Shown here one piece after another: positions 58,509 through 64,000 of a DNA stretch of 64,000 nt (position 1 is its first letter; every line of letters begins with the position of its first letter). Below the pieces are notes generated by a model. The model was not told the DNA's origin. It made no database searches and saw only the letters and a list, made by a program, of their open reading frames with translations. The position numbers were made by a program, and so were the translations under genes. Location of the stretch: positions 14,512 through 78,511 of the IMG/VR virus record IMGVR_UViG_3300045988_183062; one strand, given 5' to 3'. The stretch is from a virus.

Positions 58509-59375
58509 ATGGGACGTTATAATTTTGAACAGCATACTCGTGACGGCTATGTCGTTACGCCCGCACTGGCAAAGCAGTGGCTGGAGAAGAACACCAATAA
58601 CCGCAACGTGAACTTTGCCAAGGTCAAGAAAATGGCAAAGGATATGCGCGAGGGTCACTGGGACACGACTCATCAGGGCATTGCGATTGCCACCGATGGC
58701 ACGTTGGTCGATGGTCAGCACCGTCTGATGGCGGTGGTAGAATCCGGTGTCACTGTGCGCATGAACGTGACCTTCAATGCGCCCAAGTCTCAGCACATCG
58801 ATTCCGGCAACAGCCGCTCGATGGCGAACCGTGTCCAGATGTCAGACTACGACATGAGTTGGACCGACAAAACAATTCTCTCGGCAGCCAACCTTATCGG
58901 CCGTATGTTTTCCGGCTCCAATTTAAGCCATGAGGAAGACCTGACCGAGTGGCTCGCCAAGTATCGGCCTCAGATTGAGATGGTCACGAGCCATATCAAG
59001 CGTGGCTCGATGCGCGGCCTGTCTTCCGCCGGTATCACTGCCGCAATGATTGTGGCAGCGATGAACGATGTGCCCGAAGCCTATATTGCCAAGTTCCTCG
59101 AAGTATTCTATAGCGGTTTCACGACCAATGAAGCCGAGCACTATGCCGTCATGCTGCGTGATGACCTGATTCGCAACAACACTTCCAAAACCGGCACACA
59201 GTATGCAAAGTATGCCTTCTACCGTACTGCGAACCGACTGAACCAGTATTATAAGACTGCCACCGGCCAGCGTGTCGCAAAGCGCATCAATGACGGTGAT
59301 TTTCCGTACAACATCTACGATGCCACGGGACGTATCGTAAAGCCTGAAACCAAAAAGGCCAAGAAAAAGTCGTAA
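58509..59375 (+). CDS. ParB/Srx-like N-terminal domain protein
   Basis: GQHRLMA motif (ParB GxxR box); RBS GGAAGG. Confidence 0.6.
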   Translation: MGRYNFEQHTRDGYVVTPALAKQWLEKNTNNRNVNFAKVKKMAKDMREGHWDTTHQGIAIATDGTLVDGQHRLMAVVESGVTVRMNVTFNAPKSQHIDSGNSRSMANRVQMSDYDMSWTDKTILSAANLIGRMFSGSNLSHEEDLTEWLAKYRPQIEMVTSHIKRGSMRGLSSAGITAAMIVAAMNDVPEAYIAKFLEVFYSGFTTNEAEHYAVMLRDDLIRNNTSKTGTQYAKYAFYRTANRLNQYYKTATGQRVAKRINDGDFPYNIYDATGRIVKPETKKAKKKS

Positions 59376-59392
59376 CCTGAAAGGAGAACCCC

Positions 59393-59512
59393 ATGAAGAA
59401 GTTTCTGAAAATCGTAATGGTAGCCGGTATCGCAGCTGCCGTTGCGCATCTTGTCTCTTTGCACAAAAAGCGTAAAAAGATGATTCAGCTGGGCCATGAT
59501 ATTCTGAGGTAA
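59393..59512 (+). CDS. 39-aa hydrophobic/basic peptide
   Basis: RBS AAAGGAG 7 nt before ATG; TM then KKRKK. Confidence 0.35.
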   Translation: MKKFLKIVMVAGIAAAVAHLVSLHKKRKKMIQLGHDILR

Positions 59513-59518
59513 ACACAA

Positions 59519-60184
59519 GTGGCTAAAACACAATTGACCCGCGAAATTGAGGTGGCGCTCCATAACTGGAATCCAACCAACTACGGCGGGTATAGAACGG
59601 ATACATTCCGCCAGGGCTTCGATGCTCTTGAAGTGCCTGTGGAGTGCGGCACGACACGCTCTGGGCTTGTAGATTTCGTCCGTGTGCAGGAGTGTTTTAC
59701 TTCTGAGACAAAGTGTGGAACTTGCAAATTGTCGATGTACTCCGACGAGGATAAAGACCTCGTTATGCCGTCTATCGAACAATGGACGCAGGAAGTGAAT
59801 TGCCCGAAGGACATCTCCAACTGGAATTTTCGCAACGAACCTTGCACCGAGCGGTTCTGTAGGTTGTATAAGACACAGCATCTCTACACGATTGATACCG
59901 TCATCACCTGTGTAGAAATAAAAGTCTCATTAGGGGACTTTCACTCTGACCACGGGCATAACTTTGTAGGGCATTGCAACTACTATGCTATGCCGACGGC
60001 TCTCTATAAAAAAGTGAAAGGCGAAATTCCCGATGGCATCGGTGTCCTGATTTACTATGACGGTGAAAGCACCTATGGTATCCGCAAGAAGGTAGAGTGC
60101 AAACCGCACCAACTCTCAGAAGAAACGCAAAAATGGCTTATCATGTCCGTTGCCAAAAAGCTGCCTCGATTCGTTAAGCATTGA
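59519..60184 (+). CDS. Hypothetical Cys-rich protein, possible PD-(D/E)xK-like nuclease fold (weak)
   Basis: D..E.K-like spacing VDFVRV..CVEIKVS. Confidence 0.4.
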   Translation: MAKTQLTREIEVALHNWNPTNYGGYRTDTFRQGFDALEVPVECGTTRSGLVDFVRVQECFTSETKCGTCKLSMYSDEDKDLVMPSIEQWTQEVNCPKDISNWNFRNEPCTERFCRLYKTQHLYTIDTVITCVEIKVSLGDFHSDHGHNFVGHCNYYAMPTALYKKVKGEIPDGIGVLIYYDGESTYGIRKKVECKPHQLSEETQKWLIMSVAKKLPRFVKH

Positions 60185-60226
60185 GGCAGCTTTGATTTTT
60201 ACTAACGACCAGAAAGGACTTGTTAT

Positions 60227-61000
60227 ATGAGACGGACAAAAGCAGTGATAACTGCTGTGGCAGTAGGCGTACTGACCTTTGCCACAGCTTGCGCGAGTAG
60301 TGCATCTACTCCCGTATCAGTACCACCAGACTCTTTTGCCAGCATAACGGAATCAGCGGCAACGGTTGAGACAGCGAATGATGCGATTTATCTAAGCACC
60401 GACAGCATCCCGGAACCCACACCTCATGCTCCTTTGTCGAAGCCAACAGCTGCACCAGAGCCTACTCCTACACAGACTCCTGAACCAACCGAAGCGCCAA
60501 CGCCGGTCCCTACAGATACTCCTGCTCCACTCACGACTAGCGTATGGGGTGATGTGGTGCCAGCAGCATACGGTTCGTCCTACGGGACCATCTCATGTAA
60601 CAGCGCAGGTATCAACGCTTCCCTTATCTGGGGCGATGACCAAGCTCTCCTCGACAGCCGCAGTGGTGTATATCAGTACACAGGCTCCTATCAGGTAGGC
60701 TACGGTGGTTGCCATCTTCTTTGCTCTCATAACGACAGCACTTTGGCTTTGCTTCAATACGTGAGTATTGGAGACGAATTTGTGGTCACTACAGACTACG
60801 GACAATACGTATATACGATAGATTCCGCTAGGCCCGGAACCGTAACGGAAGATGCAAGCACTGTAGTGGCAGATGATGGGACAATTCTCGTAGACCTGTC
60901 GGACAGCACGGACAGACTTGTAATGTATACTTGCTATCCGTTCGGATACTACCAAACCACAAACCAACGCTATGTCGTTAGAGCCACGCTGTCTGCTTAG
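60227..61000 (+). CDS. Lipoprotein with Pro/Thr-rich linker and sortase-like C-terminal domain
   Basis: Signal LTFATAC; C-terminal His..Cys pattern and LVMYTCYP resembling sortase TLxTC. Confidence 0.5.
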   Translation: MRRTKAVITAVAVGVLTFATACASSASTPVSVPPDSFASITESAATVETANDAIYLSTDSIPEPTPHAPLSKPTAAPEPTPTQTPEPTEAPTPVPTDTPAPLTTSVWGDVVPAAYGSSYGTISCNSAGINASLIWGDDQALLDSRSGVYQYTGSYQVGYGGCHLLCSHNDSTLALLQYVSIGDEFVVTTDYGQYVYTIDSARPGTVTEDASTVVADDGTILVDLSDSTDRLVMYTCYPFGYYQTTNQRYVVRATLSA

Positions 61001-61012
61001 GAGTGCCAAAAG

Positions 61013-61234
61013 ATGTCAAAGGAAAAACTACTGAAAATCTGGAAGGTCACAAAGACCATTATCATTCCGCTCACCATTGCTTTGGCGGACGTTCTTTTTT
61101 GGGCAAAGGCGATGACTGACCCCACTTGGCTTATTCTTTATCCTCGCCATATAGCACTTGGATGTATCTGCAGCCTGGGTCTTATTGGGTGCTGCATTTA
61201 TGCTGACCTTAAAGTGTCCCATAACCAAAAGTGA
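61013..61234 (+). CDS. Small membrane protein
   Basis: 2 TM helices, RBS weak. Confidence 0.4.
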   Translation: MSKEKLLKIWKVTKTIIIPLTIALADVLFWAKAMTDPTWLILYPRHIALGCICSLGLIGCCIYADLKVSHNQK

Positions 61235-61239
61235 AGGCC

Positions 61240-61300
61240 TTGCCATTCCTTTCGAATTGACTACAATATTGATTGTACGATAGATACCAAACACATAAAG
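61240..61300 (+). promoter_or_regulatory. Conserved-family promoter copy h (TTGCCA-16[..CGAATTGAC]-TACAAT) with leader hairpin 61337-61376
   Basis: See findings. Confidence 0.55.
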
Positions 61301-61398
61301 ATGTTACGATTTTCTATCGTTCACAATCTGTTTTAAGAGCGGACTTATCCCATTCCGGGGTAGGCCCGCTCTTTTTTATTTGAAAGGAGAAATTTCCA

Positions 61399-62556
61399 AT
61401 GCAAAGCAAAAACACATTCTTGCGGAGAGCAGCGGCAGCGATTGCGGCACTCTTCATCCTCAGCTTCGCAGGCTGCGGTCAGACCCCGATTGATTCGGGT
61501 AGTCTTCCTGTATCCGGGGTCGTCTCAGAAAGTCCTGTCTCTGACAGCGAGCAGACGGCTGGCGTAACGGAAGACGGCAGCTTTACTATCCACTTCATTG
61601 ATGTGGGGCAGGCGGACTCTGCTCTCGTTACCTGTGATGGGCATTCTATGCTTATTGATGGCGGCAATGTAGATGATTCCAACCTCGTGTATTCTGTTCT
61701 GGGACGTGAGACAGACGGGCATCTGGATTACGTTATCGGCACACATGCCCATGAGGACCATATTGGAGGTCTTTCCGGTGCATTCGAAGCCGTGACGGCC
61801 GACGTCACTTATTGCCCTGTTACAGAGTATGACAGCAAAGCCTTTCGGAGCTTTAAGCAGCGAGCGGAAGAAAAAGGCAACGGCCTTACGATTCCGTCGG
61901 TAGGGGATACATTCTCCCTTGGCGATGCCGAAGTGACTGTTATCGCTGTAAACTCAGTTCCGGACGATACCAACAATACCTCCATTGTCCTACGCATCGT
62001 TTATGGAGAAACCTCATTCCTGTTTACAGGTGATGCAGAAGAGCCAGCCGAAGATGTTATCCTGCAGTCTGGTCAGGACATCCAGTCCACTGTTCTGAAG
62101 GTAGGCCATCATGGTTCTCGAACCTCCACATCCGAAGCGTTCCTTGACACTGTGAACCCTGCCTATGCTGTTATTTCCTGCGGCAAGGGTAACAGCTATG
62201 GACACCCCCATGATGTGACGCTGGCAAAACTCCAGAGCAAGGATATTGAAGTTTTCAGGACCGACGAGATGGGAGACATCTACTGCACCTCAGATGGTAA
62301 AGACGTAACTTTCACCTATGGCGAATATCACCAGGCAGCAGAAAGCACTACCACCGATACAGTCGAAGTTGAGGAGTCACAGCAAAAGGATACGACGGTC
62401 AGCACCTATGTTCTGAACACAAGTTCTATGAAGTTTCATAAGCCTAACTGCTCCGCTGTAGCTCAAATGAGCGATGCAAACCGCAAAGACTATACCGGTT
62501 CCCGCGATGACCTAATCGAACAGGGCTATACACCTTGCGGGTATTGCAATCCGTAA
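61399..62556 (+). CDS. Lipoprotein with ComEC/Rec2-type metallo-beta-lactamase domain (predicted secreted hydrolase/nuclease)
   Basis: Lipobox SFAGC; HFIDVGQADS, THAHEDHIGG, VGHHGS motifs; C-terminal Cys pairs. Confidence 0.65.
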   Translation: MQSKNTFLRRAAAAIAALFILSFAGCGQTPIDSGSLPVSGVVSESPVSDSEQTAGVTEDGSFTIHFIDVGQADSALVTCDGHSMLIDGGNVDDSNLVYSVLGRETDGHLDYVIGTHAHEDHIGGLSGAFEAVTADVTYCPVTEYDSKAFRSFKQRAEEKGNGLTIPSVGDTFSLGDAEVTVIAVNSVPDDTNNTSIVLRIVYGETSFLFTGDAEEPAEDVILQSGQDIQSTVLKVGHHGSRTSTSEAFLDTVNPAYAVISCGKGNSYGHPHDVTLAKLQSKDIEVFRTDEMGDIYCTSDGKDVTFTYGEYHQAAESTTTDTVEVEESQQKDTTVSTYVLNTSSMKFHKPNCSAVAQMSDANRKDYTGSRDDLIEQGYTPCGYCNP

Positions 62557-62728
62557 ATGGTATCAACTGTTCCGTTCTTGATTAGATATTAACTCATAGC
62601 AATACAAAATCTATCCAATTCTATCCAATAACCAATCCAATCTATTACTAATATGGTAAACGCGACCCTTCATCTCAAATATGACGATGCCACTCGTATC
62701 CAGTCATTCATCCAACAAAAGCTCTTGG

Positions 62729-62790
62729 TTGTCAAAATATGCGAATTGCGTAAGATAAAAGTGTACGATAGATAACATTATCGAAAAGGC
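62729..62790 (+). promoter_or_regulatory. Conserved-family promoter copy g (TTGTCA-16[..TGCGAATTGCG]-TAAGAT) with leader hairpin 62828-62866
   Basis: See findings. Confidence 0.6.
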
Positions 62791-62885
62791 GTCTTGCCCT
62801 TCGTATTCACAATTTCGCTTGAAGAGCGGACTTCCCACGCGGGAGGCCCGCTCTTTTTGTGTCAAAACAAAGGAGTGTATTTACC

Positions 62886-63218
62886 ATGACTAAAATTTTT
62901 ACTATCGCAGCAAACGAAATCATCGGCCCATTCAGCACCGAGACGACCATGTTGCAGTTTGAGTATGACTCTGAAAAAGCGTATGACGTTCTCACGCAAG
63001 TACGCAACGCCGTAAAGTCTTATCTGGATACCGAAGAAGGCAAAAAGACGCTGCGACTCAACAGTGGCTACTTCAACTGGGGTGATGCGGCCGAGATTCC
63101 TGATGGCTTCTATGAGTCGTTCGGCCTTAAAAAGCTGGACGCGCCGGTTGCTGATTTGACCGTGGACTTCAACGAAGACCTGACGGCAGATGAAATTTCC
63201 GATGAGGAGGACTACTGA
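62886..63218 (+). CDS. Small acidic hypothetical protein
   Basis: RBS AAAGGAG. Confidence 0.5.
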   Translation: MTKIFTIAANEIIGPFSTETTMLQFEYDSEKAYDVLTQVRNAVKSYLDTEEGKKTLRLNSGYFNWGDAAEIPDGFYESFGLKKLDAPVADLTVDFNEDLTADEISDEEDY

Positions 63219-64000
63219 TGGCTCAGTTCAATGACATGCTTGCTCAAATCGGTGCAATGCTATCTAAGAAAGAAAATGAGCCGTTTTCCTATGAAGAGCT
63301 TGCATCGATGCTGAAAACGAGCCCTGATGTTCTCAAGACCTTTGAGGATGTCTACAAGACCCAAGTGCTGGAAAGCAGCACGTTATCTGACAATCTTCTC
63401 CAGTGGGATACGGCAACCGTAAAGGCAATGCTCGATAAGAGCGTGCCTTTTACGAAAGAGCTGGACAATCTCATTGACCAAATCGTTGCCGAGCTGATGG
63501 ATGGCACCAGAATGTACATCTATGAGCCGGAGCGTGGTGGATATTACGTGCGGTATTCTACTAACCAGCACATTCTCCCGCCTGTAACGAACGGAGACCT
63601 CCAGAAGTTCCCGGAAGAGCTTCGGCCACAGCTGACCGGCAATCTGATGAAGATTGACATTTCGGAACCGTCTTATAAGGTGCTGCTCAGCCACTACAAA
63701 GCGTATCTCGATGCGAGAAATGACCGAAACAAGGCGATGCAGTATCACATGTTCCGCCAGGGCCTCGACATTCTGGACCTCGATGACATCACATATCAAA
63801 TGCTTGAAATGAATCCGAACACGATGAGCTACTGGCTGCCGCCACTGGTTGCCGCCTTGGACGGCAACAAGTTCTTCAAGGTGCCGGAGACAAAACTCTT
63901 GCATGTGCCCATCACGATGCTCCAACTCACGAGACTCGGCTTTGAGACGCTTAATCCCGTGACGAAAGCGATTGTGAATCGTTACTGCAAGAGAATCTTC
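63218..64000 (+). CDS. Hypothetical protein, 5' part (continues past window end)
   Basis: ATG overlaps previous stop (TGATG); open to end of window. Confidence 0.5.
   Translation, partial: MAQFNDMLAQIGAMLSKKENEPFSYEELASMLKTSPDVLKTFEDVYKTQVLESSTLSDNLLQWDTATVKAMLDKSVPFTKELDNLIDQIVAELMDGTRMYIYEPERGGYYVRYSTNQHILPPVTNGDLQKFPEELRPQLTGNLMKIDISEPSYKVLLSHYKAYLDARNDRNKAMQYHMFRQGLDILDLDDITYQMLEMNPNTMSYWLPPLVAALDGNKFFKVPETKLLHVPITMLQLTRLGFETLNPVTKAIVNRYCKRIF

Noticed and set aside
30990-62790. Interpretation of the promoter family as Frpo-type single-strand promoters
   Set aside because: Frpo elements are long imperfect hairpins whose stem reconstitutes -35/-10 in ssDNA. The elements here are ordinary double-strand -35/16/-10 promoters without the required extended inverted repeat, so only a conventional, co-regulated promoter family is claimed.
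1-64000. Prophage interpretation
   Set aside because: No terminase, portal, capsid, tail, holin or integrase genes are recognisable. VirB4, VirD4 and PrgI-like proteins indicate a conjugative element instead.
1-64000. CRISPR arrays, tRNA/rRNA genes, IS elements/transposases
   Set aside because: There are no regularly spaced direct repeats with unique spacers, no cloverleaf-compatible ~75-nt units and no DDE/serine-recombinase-like ORFs. The direct repeats present are short binding-site-like motifs or promoter copies.

Overview
I read this window as part of a Gram-positive (Firmicutes-type, about 50% GC, GGAGG ribosome-binding sites) integrative/conjugative element (ICE).

Positions 1-12.4 kb carry a type IV secretion/conjugation module. 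It comprises an M23-peptidase membrane protein, a lipoprotein, a TraG/VirD4-type coupling ATPase, a PrgI-like 2-TM protein and a VirB4-type ATPase.

The remaining ~50 kb is a dense, almost entirely plus-strand island of small accessory genes. Recognisable functions include:
- UmuC-like Y-family polymerase and a UvrD-like helicase
- ParB-like protein and a BlaI-family repressor with an XRE regulator
- NADAR and macro-domain ADP-ribose hydrolases
- two metallophosphoesterases, a HAD phosphatase and a MazG-like NTP pyrophosphatase
- a Pol-beta nucleotidyltransferase
- a secreted thioredoxin-like protein, a flotillin, a sortase-like protein and a ComEC-like MBL lipoprotein
- an HNH nuclease

It also carries many lineage-specific unknowns, several as paralogous pairs. 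This resembles an ICE/plasmid leading-region or anti-defence island. No phage structural genes, integrase, transposase, tRNA or CRISPR array are visible.

Features of the island that caught my attention:
1. Eight copies of a sigma70-like promoter with a conserved 16-bp spacer (GTGCGAATTGC) and phased AATTG repeats. Several are followed by terminator-like leader hairpins, which points to attenuation/antitermination control.
2. Two paralogous two-gene modules: an unknown ~200 aa protein immediately upstream of a NADAR or macro ADP-ribose hydrolase. The architecture is DarT/DarG-like.
3. Two large proteins sharing a C-terminal ~100 aa VFxGGHP domain after a coiled coil, sitting downstream of two metallophosphoesterases.
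4. A stand-alone ~210 nt candidate sRNA (30.76-30.97 kb) with a perfect palindromic operator in its promoter and its own terminator.
5. Clusters of short CGTAG-core repeats flanking the thioredoxin cassette.
6. A BlaI/CopY-type TACA..TGTA palindrome in a 440-bp intergenic region.

All calls are from reading the sequence. Domain assignments rest on remembered motifs and need HMM confirmation.
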